Of a stretch of DNA of 64,000 bases, positions 54,489-64,000 are shown one piece after another; positions within the stretch are counted from its first letter, which is position 1, and the number at the start of each line of letters is the position of its first letter. The notes under the pieces were generated by a model, which saw only the letters and a list, made by a program, of their open reading frames with translations, had not been told where the DNA came from and made no database searches. Source of the stretch: Ahrensia sp. Lineage in GTDB: Bacteria; Pseudomonadota; Alphaproteobacteria; Rhizobiales; Rhizobiaceae. The translations under genes were made by a program, and so were the position numbers. The DNA is taken from contig PAKZ01000032.1 in assembly GCA_002706335.1 (NCBI GenBank), positions 97,466 through 161,465 of the forward strand. The letters are read 5' to 3'.

Positions 54489-56426
54489 ATGTGCGGAATC
54501 GCAGGTTACTATGGAGGTGTCCCGGAAGCGAACAGTCTGCTTTCGGCGATGGCGTTCGCGCTCGGCCATCGTGGACCGGACGCGCACGGCACATTCGCCG
54601 TGCCCGAAGGCGGGCTCGCCCATACGAGACTTGCGATCGTTGGTCTGGAAGACGGTCAGCAACCGATGTCGAATGCCGCTGGCGACGTTACAATCGTCTT
54701 CAACGGCGAAATCTTCAATTATGTCGAACTGCGTGACGAACTCCGCGCTCAGGGGCGTCGGTTCCGTTCCGGAAGCGATACGGAAGTTATCCTGCACCTC
54801 TACGACAAGTTCGGCGAGGATTGTGTGTCCCGACTGAACGGCGATTTCGCGTTTGCCATCCTCGATCGGTCGCGTGGTCGCATGGTCTTGGCGCGCGATC
54901 GCATGGGCGTGCGCCCGCTTTACTACACTGAGAAACAAGGCACGTTCTACTTCGCCTCTGAGGTCAAGGCGTTGCTGCAGGTCCCCGGTGTGGAAGCCGA
55001 GATAGATCCGGTCGCGCTCGATCAGATATTCACCGTCTGGTCGCCGATCGCTCCGCGAACACCGTTCCGCGGCATATCCGAGCTCGAACCGGCGAGCGTC
55101 ATGGTGGTCGAATCGGGGCGGCAGACCATCCGATCCTATTGGAGCCTTGACTATCCGGACCGAAGCGAAGCTCCGCATCATATCAGCGAGGAAGCGGCTA
55201 CGGAAGAAATCCTCGCACTTCTGACCGACGCGACCCGGATTCGCATGCGCGCGGACGTGCCCGTCGGGTCCTATCTGTCCGGCGGTCTCGATTCTTCCGT
55301 GATCGCGGCGCTCGGCGCCGGCATGGCGCCGGACGGGCTCAAGACATTCTCGGTTACGTTTGACAGTGCCGAACACGACGAAAGCGCCTTTCAGGAGGAA
55401 ATGGCCAAGGCGCTTGGAACCGAGCATCGTAAAGTTTCATGTAACGAGGGCGATATCGCCTCGATCTTCCCGGAAGTGATCCGCTTTACGGAAAAGCCGA
55501 TCATTCGCACCGCGCCTGCTCCCCTGTTCAAGCTATCCCGGCTCGTCCGCGACTCCGGCCTAAAGGTAGTCCTGACGGGCGAAGGTGCCGACGAGGTGTT
55601 TGCCGGTTACGACATTTTCAAGGAAGCACGGGTCCGGCGCTTTTGCGCCCGTCAGCCAGAATCAGCGATCCGGCCGCATCTTTTCCGCAAGCTCTACCCC
55701 TATCTACCGGGATTGCAGCGGCAATCAGCCGATTACTTGGCCAGTTTCTTCGGCGCCGATGCCGCTCCGCTGGATGATCCACTGTTTTCCCATCGACCGC
55801 GCATGCGCGGCACCGCGGCCTCTAAGATATTCTTTTCCGGCGACCTAAGGGCGCAACTCGCCGGATACAACGCCGCGGATGAACTCGTTTCACGGCTTCC
55901 TCAGAATTTTGCGCGCTGGCATCCTTTGCATCAGGCCCAATACCTCGAAAGCCGCTTTCTCCTTCCGGGCTACATTTTGTCCAGTCAGGGAGACCGCATG
56001 GCTATGGCGCACGGTATCGAGGGCCGTTTTCCATTCCTTGACCACCGTCTGGTGGAACTGGCGACGAGCCTGCCCCCGGAAATGAAACTGAAGGGACTTG
56101 TCGAGAAATACATTCTGAAAAGGGCTGCGCGCGACCTGGTTCCGCAAAACATCGCCAAGCGCGCCAAGCAACCCTATCGGGCGCCGGACAGCAGTTCGTT
56201 CACCGGCGCCGGCGATCTGGACTATGTCCGGTCCGCACTTGGCGAGACCGCAGTCGCCGATAACGGTCTTTTCAATCCCAAAGCTGTCGAGAAACTTCGC
56301 GCGAAGTGCTTGACCGGTTCTGTTCACGGTTTCCGAGACAACGCAGCCTTCGTCGGGATTTTGTCAACACAGTTGTGGCTTCAGCAGTTTTCAACTTCCA
56401 AGAACCGCGCCGCCAAGGCGGCCTAA
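54489..56426 (+). CDS. Asparagine synthetase family glutamine amidotransferase (AsnB-like)
   Basis: Starts MCGIAGYYGG (Ntn Cys2). PP-loop SYLSGGLDSS. 645 aa. Confidence 0.9.
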   Translation: MCGIAGYYGGVPEANSLLSAMAFALGHRGPDAHGTFAVPEGGLAHTRLAIVGLEDGQQPMSNAAGDVTIVFNGEIFNYVELRDELRAQGRRFRSGSDTEVILHLYDKFGEDCVSRLNGDFAFAILDRSRGRMVLARDRMGVRPLYYTEKQGTFYFASEVKALLQVPGVEAEIDPVALDQIFTVWSPIAPRTPFRGISELEPASVMVVESGRQTIRSYWSLDYPDRSEAPHHISEEAATEEILALLTDATRIRMRADVPVGSYLSGGLDSSVIAALGAGMAPDGLKTFSVTFDSAEHDESAFQEEMAKALGTEHRKVSCNEGDIASIFPEVIRFTEKPIIRTAPAPLFKLSRLVRDSGLKVVLTGEGADEVFAGYDIFKEARVRRFCARQPESAIRPHLFRKLYPYLPGLQRQSADYLASFFGADAAPLDDPLFSHRPRMRGTAASKIFFSGDLRAQLAGYNAADELVSRLPQNFARWHPLHQAQYLESRFLLPGYILSSQGDRMAMAHGIEGRFPFLDHRLVELATSLPPEMKLKGLVEKYILKRAARDLVPQNIAKRAKQPYRAPDSSSFTGAGDLDYVRSALGETAVADNGLFNPKAVEKLRAKCLTGSVHGFRDNAAFVGILSTQLWLQQFSTSKNRAAKAA

Positions 56427-56445
56427 TAGTAACAAGGAGATCATC

Positions 56446-56712
56446 GTGAGCTCATCTGTCAAAGACGCAGTGAGGGCATTCATTAGGGAAAACTACCTGT
56501 TCGGGGACGAAACCGTTGAACTGGCGGACGACGCATCGCTGATTGAGAACGATATCATCGACTCGACCGGAGTGCTCGAACTCGTCGCTTTCGTCGAGGA
56601 GCACTTTGGCGTGGTGATGGATGACGCCGAAATCGTCCCGGCGAACCTCGACTCGGTCGACCGCATCGTCGCTTACGTCGGATCGAAAACGAGCCAGGCC
56701 ATCGCAGTCTGA
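56446..56712 (+). CDS. Acyl/peptidyl carrier protein
   Basis: 88 aa. Phosphopantetheine attachment motif IIDSTGVLEL. GTG start with an AAGGAGA ribosome-binding site. Confidence 0.8.
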   Translation: MSSSVKDAVRAFIRENYLFGDETVELADDASLIENDIIDSTGVLELVAFVEEHFGVVMDDAEIVPANLDSVDRIVAYVGSKTSQAIAV

Positions 56713-56736
56713 TTGCAGCACCGGAGAGCGCGCATC

Positions 56737-58284
56737 ATGAGGTTCGAACAATTCCTTTCGCAGCAGGCAAGCAACCGGTTCTCCAAAACCGCCCTGGTTA
56801 CCAGTTCGTTGCGCCTGACCTATGGCGACTTCGAAGAGCTGTCGAACCGACTGGCGAACAGCCTTGTCGCCAACGGCGTCAAACGTGGCGACCGCGTTCT
56901 CGTCTTCATGGACAATTGTTGGGAAGCCGCGATTTCGATCTTCGCCATCATGAAGACCGGTGCGGTTTTCAGCCCGATAAATGCATCGACGAAGGCTGAC
57001 AAGCTCGCCTTTATCGCCGAGAACTGCGAAGCCTCCGCGATCCTTACGCAGGCCAAGCTGATGCCTGTCGTGATGGGCGCGAGCGAAACCACATCGCATG
57101 AGATTGGGTTCATCGCGTCGGCACAATCGGTAGACGGCGAAGTTCCGGAAGGCGCGGCCGATTTCGAGGCATGCCTTAAGGCGGAGAATGCGACAATCGA
57201 CCATGGCGGGATTGATACGGATCTTGCGATGCTGATCTACACGTCGGGCTCCACGGGGCGCCCCAAAGGCGTGATGATGACCCATCGGAACATTGATGCG
57301 GCCTCCGAATCGATTACCACCTACCTACGGAACTCGGCCGACGACGTTATTTTGAACGTACTCCCCATGGCGTTCGACTATGGACTTTATCAGCTCCTGA
57401 TGAGCGTCCGTATGGGTGCAACTCTGGTCCTCGAAAAGTCCTTTGCGTTTCCGCAAGCGATTTTTGATCGGATCAACGAAGAGCACGTCACCGGCTTTCC
57501 GCTTGTACCTACAATGGCGGCCATGATTCTTAAGATGCGCGGTTTGGAACCGGGCTTCTTGCCGAGCGTTCGCTATCTTTCCAACACAGCGGCCGCGTTG
57601 CCTGCAGAGCACATCACGCGCTTGCGAGATCTCTTTCCCGGTGCGGACTTGTATTCGATGTATGGGCTGACCGAGTGCAAGCGGTGCACCTATCTGCCGC
57701 CGGAGGAACTCGACCGGCGTCCGCATTCGGTCGGCATTGCCATACCCAATACGGAAGCGTTCGTTGTCGACGATAGCGGCAGGCAGGTCCCTGCCGGGGT
57801 TACAGGTGAACTGGTTATCCGTGGCCCACACGTAATGCAGGGATACTGGCGCAACGAAGCGGCGACCGAACAAATGCTGCGGCCGGGAGCCCACCCATGG
57901 GAGAAGGTCCTTCACACTGGAGACCTTTTTCGCAAGGACGACGAAGGGTTTTTGTATTTCGTAGGACGCAAGGACGATATCATCAAGACACGCGGCGAAA
58001 AGGTCGCGCCGAAGGAAGTCGAAGCCGTTTTACATGCGCATCCCGCGGTCGCCGAAGCTGTCGTGATCGGTGTTGCGGATCCGGTTTTGGGCCAAGCGAT
58101 CGGAGCGCTCGTGGTGCTTTCCGGCCAAGCGGTTACGGAAAGGGAACTGATCCGGCACTGCGCGACGCACCTTGAGGATTTCATGGTGCCGAAGATCATA
58201 GAATTTCGCGATTCCTTGCCGATGACTGACACGGGCAAGGTAAGCAGACGTTTCGCATCCGAGACGATGGAGATGGCAAAATGA
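56737..58284 (+). CDS. AMP-dependent synthetase/ligase (acyl-CoA or acyl-ACP ligase type adenylating enzyme)
   Basis: AMP-binding motif LIYTSGSTGRPKGV, YGLTE, GDLFRKDDEGFLYFVGRKDD, and the terminal K in TGKVSR. First ATG at 56737. Confidence 0.85.
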   Translation: MRFEQFLSQQASNRFSKTALVTSSLRLTYGDFEELSNRLANSLVANGVKRGDRVLVFMDNCWEAAISIFAIMKTGAVFSPINASTKADKLAFIAENCEASAILTQAKLMPVVMGASETTSHEIGFIASAQSVDGEVPEGAADFEACLKAENATIDHGGIDTDLAMLIYTSGSTGRPKGVMMTHRNIDAASESITTYLRNSADDVILNVLPMAFDYGLYQLLMSVRMGATLVLEKSFAFPQAIFDRINEEHVTGFPLVPTMAAMILKMRGLEPGFLPSVRYLSNTAAALPAEHITRLRDLFPGADLYSMYGLTECKRCTYLPPEELDRRPHSVGIAIPNTEAFVVDDSGRQVPAGVTGELVIRGPHVMQGYWRNEAATEQMLRPGAHPWEKVLHTGDLFRKDDEGFLYFVGRKDDIIKTRGEKVAPKEVEAVLHAHPAVAEAVVIGVADPVLGQAIGALVVLSGQAVTERELIRHCATHLEDFMVPKIIEFRDSLPMTDTGKVSRRFASETMEMAK

Positions 58285-59288
58285 ACCTACGCCCCGATAT
58301 TCCGGCCTCGGTTGCTTCCGATGAATGGTTGAAGATCGACAGGGAAGCCGAGGTACATCGCATTGTGTCTGCACTTCGTGATCAATTGCGGGGCATCCGC
58401 AAGCGCGGGCTCGTGCTTGGCCTTTCCGGGGGCATTGATTCAAGCGTTTCCGTTGCTCTTGCTGTTCGGGCGGTAGGCGCGAAGAATGTCCTGGCGCTGT
58501 TCATGCCTGAAAACGACTCCGATCCCGAGAGTCTCGTGCTCGGTCGCGAGGTCGCTGACCATTTTGGCGTCGAGGCCGTGGTGGAGGACATCGGTCCGAC
58601 GTTGCAGGCTATGGGCTGTTACGAGCGGCGCGATGCATTCATTCGCGAGCTTGTCCCGGAATATGGGCCCGACTGGTGTTCCAAGGTGGTGATTGCCAGT
58701 TCCCTGGAAGGCGAAGGCTACAATATCTCGTCGCTCGTCGTTCAGGATCCGGATGGCAAGCTGACGAAACGGCGCATGTCGCCGTCGGCCTATCTCGGGA
58801 TTGTCGCCGCCACCAATATGAAGCAGCGTACCCGCAAGCAAATTGAGTATTACCACGCCGACCGCCTGAACTATGCGGTACTCGGCACGCCGAACCGGCT
58901 CGAATATGACCAGGGCTTTTTCGTCAAGAACGGTGACGGCGCCGCCGACGTCAAGCCGATCGCTCATCTCTACAAGACACAGGTATATGAGCTTGCCGAA
59001 TATCTCGGCGTCCCGGAGAAGATTCGTTCGAGACCGCCGACAACCGACACTTACTCGCTCGAGCAGACGCAGGAGGAATTTTATTTCTCACTGCCCTATG
59101 ACCGCATGGATATCTGCCTCTATGGCCTGAACCATGGGGTGCCAGCCAGCGAAGTCGCGGTTGCATGCGGGCTGACGGCGGAACAGGTTGATCGTGTCTG
59201 GGCCGATATCGCGGCGAAGCGCAAGGCGACACGCTACCTGCATCTCGCCCCGCTACTGGCTGCTCCGGTTGAGGAAATCGCCGATTAA
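58281..59288 (+). CDS. nadE: NAD+ synthetase family PP-loop ATP-pyrophosphatase (NadE-like amidating enzyme)
   Basis: PP-loop GLSGGIDSS plus FVKNGDGAADVKPIAHLYKTQVYELAEYLGVP, typical of NadE. ATGA overlap with the ligase gene. 335 aa. Confidence 0.7.
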   Translation: MNLRPDIPASVASDEWLKIDREAEVHRIVSALRDQLRGIRKRGLVLGLSGGIDSSVSVALAVRAVGAKNVLALFMPENDSDPESLVLGREVADHFGVEAVVEDIGPTLQAMGCYERRDAFIRELVPEYGPDWCSKVVIASSLEGEGYNISSLVVQDPDGKLTKRRMSPSAYLGIVAATNMKQRTRKQIEYYHADRLNYAVLGTPNRLEYDQGFFVKNGDGAADVKPIAHLYKTQVYELAEYLGVPEKIRSRPPTTDTYSLEQTQEEFYFSLPYDRMDICLYGLNHGVPASEVAVACGLTAEQVDRVWADIAAKRKATRYLHLAPLLAAPVEEIAD

Positions 59289-59308
59289 CCGATCCCTCCG
59301 GCGCGTCA

Positions 59309-61483
59309 CTACTCCGTCAGTTCGAGGAGAAAATAGGTTGTCGGGCCACTGGGCGTATCGTTCGACAGTCGGAACGAGATCTGCCCCGATCCCTGATCAA
59401 CAGGCGGATGAACCATCCCGTCGAGCCCGACCGGCGACAGCGTCCAGCGCCGGGCGCTCTTGTCCAGACTGAGATCGACCGCCCCGCGACGGATTAGGAC
59501 CGGCAAGCGCCCGTAATCTGCGATGACCTTTTCCTCGCGGTCGCGGAACCGCATGCCCGTATTACGGGCATCGGTCGCGAAAACCAGCAGGAAACGGTGG
59601 CCTGTCTCCAGCGATGGCTCCGCGTCGATCGACGCCAGCGCGATGGCTCCCGGCCCATCGGCGTTCTCCACCGTCATTATCCCGAGATCCACCGGTGCGC
59701 GCAGCGAAGAATGAGCAAGCGCCTCCATTGCAAGCGTCGATACTCGAAGCTGTCCATTTCTGCGATCCAACAGGATCTGACCCGTTTCGCTTTCGATCAA
59801 TCCGGCATCGATGTCGGTTACGTTCGACGTCGGCAGTTCCCGATTTGCCCGCAGGGTCTCGAGAATTACATTGAGGTCGTTTGTTCCGCGCGGCTGTTTC
59901 ACGGAAATGCCCTCGATCACGGATTGGTCCTGGAGGCCGATCTTGCCGATCAACGCCAGTTCCGTCAGCCAAGGAGGTTCGACTGCTTGCATATCCTCTG
60001 ACAGGTCTTCCTCGCCGCGGACAGCAAATGGCACTGTGACGTCGGATGTTGCTACATCGCCGCGCCTGAAAAGGAGCGCTGCAATGGTCTCGCCCGCCCG
60101 CGCCACGGGGTCGAGCGCGATGGCATAGGGAAGCATGGCACGTTTGTGCGAATAGGGCTCGCCATAGGCAAGAACGATCGGCCCATGCGCATGCCGACAC
60201 AATGCATCCCAGCCCTGAAGGGCAGCGAAAGCCGGGACAGCGATGCCGGCCTCGTAGCGGAACCGGTTCCAGAAGAGATGGTCATATTCGCTAACCATAA
60301 AAGGTTTGCCGAGCCATCGGGTCGCGGCGATCATCCGCAGGTAGTTGAGGTCATCGGCCAGGGAACTGACCTGTTCGATGCGCCCCCCGGCTTGATATCC
60401 GCCAATCCAGTCATGGTAGGTGTTCATCGTCACGACATCGAGGCCGCGCCTGCTTAGCCCGGTCTGGATGGTGGGCCAATTGTTGTATGAGCTGATCAAT
60501 CCGCGATAGCCGAGATCGCGCAAGACGCGGCTCATACGCTCGGCGGTGGAGATTTCGGTATCCGAGAAGAACGCCTGCAGGTCGCGCAGCCGCGCGGTGT
60601 CCACATAGCGATCAAGCGGCAGCGCAACCGTGCCGTCTTCAAGACGCTCACTACGGTGAAGGTCGGGCCAGACTTTCGCAAGAGCTGCTGTCGAGCCGTA
60701 GCGTTCCTTCAGCCACCGATTGAAGGGTGCCCCGATCATCGGATCGTAGGGCGGCTTTCCGGGTTTGTCGTGCACAACGCTCTCGAACTCGATCGCGTTC
60801 TCGTTGACGAGGATGATCAGCGCCAATGCGTCATCGTGAATCGTGGCGGTTCCCGTATAGGGATTGATCCGCGCCAGGAGTTCCTCCTGCAGGCGTTTCC
60901 AATGGGCAAACGCCTTATCGTCGAAATAGAGCGCTGTCTTCAGATTTCCCGATGGGTCCCAGCGGTCGTCGTATCCGCCATAGGCGCCCCGCCATGAGGT
61001 CAGGCCGTCCATGATCCAGTGGATCCCGTTGCGTTTCAGCGCGGCGAGCAGATAGTGGAAGCGATCGAGGATTTCGGGATCAAAATCCAAATCCTTTTTG
61101 CGCCCGAACATCAGATTGGCATCGACGAAATGCAGGCGCGCGACATTGTAACCGTGGCGCGCCAATTGCTCGGCATAGCGATCGGCCTCTGCATGATCTG
61201 GAAAGCCGCCGGAAGCAGGGCTCCAGGCCAGTGATGCGCACAACAGCCTTTGCGGCCGCTCGGGCGCGTCGGCGAAGACCAGCCGGCCGCCTCGCCCCGC
61301 GATCAGTCGATGGCCTGAATCTATCGCCGGATTCGTCAAAATCCCAGAGAAATCCAGCGGACTACCCGCCTGCACCTCCAACGAGATTTCGCGAACCGGC
61401 AACCACTCGTCGGCCGCGATGGCTTGAGCGGCGGCTGCGCCCAGCGCGAAAGCGATCATGGCGACTCGATAAATCGCTTTCAT
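59309..61483 (-). CDS. Secreted glycoside hydrolase, clan GH-A (TIM-barrel) type
   Basis: Signal peptide MKAIYRVAMIAFALGAAAAQAIA/A. Acid/base-like LVNENAIE and nucleophile-like MVSEYD motifs. The ATG at 61481-61483 overlaps the GT2 stop. The track's 88 extra N-terminal codons were discarded. Confidence 0.65.
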   Translation of the reverse strand: MKAIYRVAMIAFALGAAAAQAIAADEWLPVREISLEVQAGSPLDFSGILTNPAIDSGHRLIAGRGGRLVFADAPERPQRLLCASLAWSPASGGFPDHAEADRYAEQLARHGYNVARLHFVDANLMFGRKKDLDFDPEILDRFHYLLAALKRNGIHWIMDGLTSWRGAYGGYDDRWDPSGNLKTALYFDDKAFAHWKRLQEELLARINPYTGTATIHDDALALIILVNENAIEFESVVHDKPGKPPYDPMIGAPFNRWLKERYGSTAALAKVWPDLHRSERLEDGTVALPLDRYVDTARLRDLQAFFSDTEISTAERMSRVLRDLGYRGLISSYNNWPTIQTGLSRRGLDVVTMNTYHDWIGGYQAGGRIEQVSSLADDLNYLRMIAATRWLGKPFMVSEYDHLFWNRFRYEAGIAVPAFAALQGWDALCRHAHGPIVLAYGEPYSHKRAMLPYAIALDPVARAGETIAALLFRRGDVATSDVTVPFAVRGEEDLSEDMQAVEPPWLTELALIGKIGLQDQSVIEGISVKQPRGTNDLNVILETLRANRELPTSNVTDIDAGLIESETGQILLDRRNGQLRVSTLAMEALAHSSLRAPVDLGIMTVENADGPGAIALASIDAEPSLETGHRFLLVFATDARNTGMRFRDREEKVIADYGRLPVLIRRGAVDLSLDKSARRWTLSPVGLDGMVHPPVDQGSGQISFRLSNDTPSGPTTYFLLELTE

Positions 61484-62583
61484 TCGTTTGCTCCCGCGAC
61501 GATCCGGCTCTCGACGCGAGACTCCGGATTGCGCCGTGGTGCCAGGAAACCGACAGGCAGGGCAGCGGCGTGGAAGAACCACGCGACGACCGTGTAGAGG
61601 CCCATCGACAGGCTTCGCTTGGCCAGGCTTGCCAACAACAGAACGCCGCCGAGGCTCGCTGCGGCCAGAAGAAGCGCCCAGAGCTTGTCGGGCACGAATA
61701 TCAGGATGGCGAAGACCGCGATCCACCATGCATAGACAACAGCCCACAGCCGCAGTTCGGGCAATTCCCGCAAAGCTCTGAAAAAGTAGGGCTTTCCGAC
61801 TGAAGCTCGAAGAAATTCCCCGATGCCGAAGAGATATTTGCTTCTCCAGCGGCGCACCAGCAGACGATAGGAATTGACCGTGTGACCGAAATGCTGGACG
61901 AACCGCCGGTCGAGGCGGTGCAGCGTCCAGCCAGCGTCGCGCAAGCGAATGCCGAGATCGAATTCTTCGTATCCGTGCAGATTCCGGTCGGAAATATACC
62001 CGACAGAGTCAATAGCTGCGCGACGATAAAGGCCGCCACCATTCATCCGGTCGATATCGCCGATCCGGTTTTCCGGCGCGTTGCGTGTTACTCTTCGGGC
62101 ATATTCGAGGCTTGTAACCAGTTTCTCGTCAACATGGCCGGTCACCCCGCCCGCCTGCGGATTGGCGTTCAGATAGGCGATTGCGTCGGGGAGGAATTCC
62201 GGATCGAGCAACATGTCGCCGTCCAGCAGGCAGAGATAGGCGTGGCTCGAGTATTGGAAGCCCAACTGCGGCCCGATCCCGCAACTCGGCCGCGCCGGCG
62301 GCAGCAATTGGGCGATGGTGACCGGGTATTGGGAGGCGATCTCCAAGGTACGATCGGAGGAACCGCTGTCGGCGATAATAACTTCGCCACCGAGTTGTTT
62401 AATTGCATCGAGCGCGCTTTCGATCGTCGCGGCAATTCGCTGTTCCTCATTCAGGGTCTTGATGATCACGGAAACGGGCACGGCATCCACTTTCTGAAAG
62501 TGCGGGTCAGGACTTGGAGGCCGTTCGCGTCCACGAACGTTCGACAGCTTCAGCGTAGATACGAGCTGTCCGGTCCGCGACAT
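61480..62583 (-). CDS. Family 2 glycosyltransferase with C-terminal TM helices
   Basis: VSVIIKTLNEE...IIADSGSSDRT...LLDGDM (DxD) motifs, and 4 C-terminal TM helices. The ATG at 62583 would overlap the upstream gene by 77 nt. An alternative GTG at 62490 avoids the overlap. Confidence 0.8.
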   Translation of the reverse strand: MSRTGQLVSTLKLSNVRGRERPPSPDPHFQKVDAVPVSVIIKTLNEEQRIAATIESALDAIKQLGGEVIIADSGSSDRTLEIASQYPVTIAQLLPPARPSCGIGPQLGFQYSSHAYLCLLDGDMLLDPEFLPDAIAYLNANPQAGGVTGHVDEKLVTSLEYARRVTRNAPENRIGDIDRMNGGGLYRRAAIDSVGYISDRNLHGYEEFDLGIRLRDAGWTLHRLDRRFVQHFGHTVNSYRLLVRRWRSKYLFGIGEFLRASVGKPYFFRALRELPELRLWAVVYAWWIAVFAILIFVPDKLWALLLAAASLGGVLLLASLAKRSLSMGLYTVVAWFFHAAALPVGFLAPRRNPESRVESRIVAGANE

Positions 62584-63736
62584 GGTGCCAGTTGTAGGTC
62601 TGCGCGGTATGGAGAATTCTGGCAGCGATATCGTCTTCTGTCGGCGGATTGGACAATTTCGCATCGAGCGCGACTGTCAGCGCCTCGATGTCACCTAGAG
62701 GAAAGTACTCGTCGGACCCGAGGCCTAGCGCCAGATTTGGTTGTATATCGCTCGCCAGGACCGGGAGGCCATGGGCCATCGCCTCCAGCAACGCGATCGG
62801 CATGCCCTCGTGGCTCGACGGCAGAACGAAAAGGGAGGCATTGGAAAACAATGCGTCGAGCCGCTCGCCGGTTTGGAACCCGGTCATGACCACACCCGGC
62901 ACGCTTTTCGCAAGCTCATGAACTTCTGCGGAATAAGAGGATTCGAAATCGGCCCCTCCCGCCACAACAAGCTTCACGTCCTTGTTCTCTCGCCGGGCGA
63001 ATGCGCGGATCAGGTCGGTCTGGCGTTTTTCCGGGACGAGCCGAGCGGCCATCAGTACGTAACGCCTGGGCGAAAGATCGAACTCCGCGAGAACCTGCCT
63101 GTTCTCGGAACGCCGGGTCACAGCGACGCCGTTGGGAATATGGGCTACGGGCACATCGTAGCGTTGATGCATTGTCTGAACGATATCCTCGGAAATGCCG
63201 ATGCGCCGATTTGCGTATCGCATACCGAGGCTTTCGCCGAGACGGAGCATGAATCTCGCCGCCCTGCCCCATTTCTGTCTGTCGTAGTCGAAGCCGTGAT
63301 GCGTGACGACGACAGACAATCCGGCGAGCCGCGCGAGCGGCACGGCGAGCGACGGGCCAACCGCGTGTATATGGACGACATCCGGACGGCGTATCGCTGC
63401 GAGGCCGACGCCGGCGAAGGTGTGGATCAGAGCCTCAAAGGCTACGTGACGCGGCGACCACAGGGATCGGATTTGCACGCCGTTCCAATCGGTCTCGGTG
63501 CCTTCGGTCATATAAGCACGGCGACCGACGACCTCGACGCGCCAGCCGAGTTTGACGAGTTCGAGAGCGAGCATTTCGACGTGCTTCTCGACACCGCCCT
63601 GGATATTCGGGATGCCGCGCAGTCCGAGCATCATCACGCTGCGCGCATCTCGCCGTCCGGTGTACGCCACACCGTTTCTGCACGGAGCCGAGCCGCCGTC
63701 ATAAGGCAGATCGGGCCGCTTTTGAGAATCGTGCAT
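62507..63736 (-). CDS. Family 4 (GT-B) glycosyltransferase
   Basis: N-terminal LGLRGIPNIQGGVEKHVE, and C-terminal LPSSHEGMPIALLEAMAHGLPVLASD (EX7E-type). The start is ambiguous (ATG at 63736, 63634 or 63808). Confidence 0.8.
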   Translation of the reverse strand: MHDSQKRPDLPYDGGSAPCRNGVAYTGRRDARSVMMLGLRGIPNIQGGVEKHVEMLALELVKLGWRVEVVGRRAYMTEGTETDWNGVQIRSLWSPRHVAFEALIHTFAGVGLAAIRRPDVVHIHAVGPSLAVPLARLAGLSVVVTHHGFDYDRQKWGRAARFMLRLGESLGMRYANRRIGISEDIVQTMHQRYDVPVAHIPNGVAVTRRSENRQVLAEFDLSPRRYVLMAARLVPEKRQTDLIRAFARRENKDVKLVVAGGADFESSYSAEVHELAKSVPGVVMTGFQTGERLDALFSNASLFVLPSSHEGMPIALLEAMAHGLPVLASDIQPNLALGLGSDEYFPLGDIEALTVALDAKLSNPPTEDDIAARILHTAQTYNWHHVADRTARIYAEAVERSWTRTASKS

Positions 63737-64000
63737 CGTTGAAGGAGACTGGTCCATTGGCCAAACCGTTTTCTTTTGACTGCCGTGTCGCGGATAACTG
63801 GCTGGCAAGCGGGGCGACTTTCAGATGGTCGACCCGGTACAGCGCCCGTCGTTGCTCTATGGCTCGTCAATGCCGTTTCTTACATGCGAGAGAGGCTTTC
63901 CGGGAGACGAAGCGACCTGGAATCCGGCAATCCGCGGCGAGTTTCTTTACGGACGGTTAACGTGCGAGGCCGCTTCTGTATCGATTTGAAACGGGCGGTT

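Noticed and set aside
1-64000. Scan for rRNA, tRNA, CRISPR arrays, transposases, integrases and long terminal inverted repeats marking mobile elements
   Set aside because: None was recognised by eye. The only notable DNA repeats are the local hairpins and the short direct or inverted repeats reported above.

Overview
High-GC (roughly 60-63%) alphaproteobacterial, Rhizobiales-like DNA with no rRNA, tRNA, CRISPR array, IS element or integrase that I can see. Layout: (1) 1-6.6 kb, minus strand: uptake [NiFe]-hydrogenase cluster hupSLCDFGHI plus the first codons of hupJ. It has a canonical sigma54 -24/-12 promoter upstream of hupS. In the unusually long hupC-hupD spacer there is a 26-bp perfect hairpin followed by a second sigma54-type promoter. 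(2) 6.8-20 kb: ordinary metabolism. This covers a type I L-asparaginase, a TRAP transporter (DctPQM type), a PotABCD-like ABC importer, an SDR, a class III aminotransferase and a MocR-type regulator. (3) 20-23 kb: four uncharacterised envelope proteins. (4) 23.6-49.4 kb: the standout region, about 26 kb. It encodes three TPR/Sel1-CHAT proteases, two caspase-like (C14) proteases (one fused to WD40 repeats), a chymotrypsin-fold S1 zymogen, a patatin-like lipoprotein and several small proteins. Every core protein begins with a signal peptide or lipobox, and I find no NTPase, gasdermin, nuclease or CRISPR partner. I read this as a candidate extracytoplasmic proteolytic-cascade, cell-death or envelope-defence system. 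(5) 49.6-63.8 kb: an HSL-family esterase and a lower-GC polysaccharide cluster. The cluster holds a Wzx-like flippase, a HemK-like methyltransferase, an AsnB-ACP-adenylating ligase-NadE cassette, a secreted clan GH-A hydrolase, a GT2 and a GT4, and is punctuated by AT-rich spacers. Many long ORFs in the track are antisense artefacts of high GC and were not called. All product calls rest on motifs read by eye, not on database searches.
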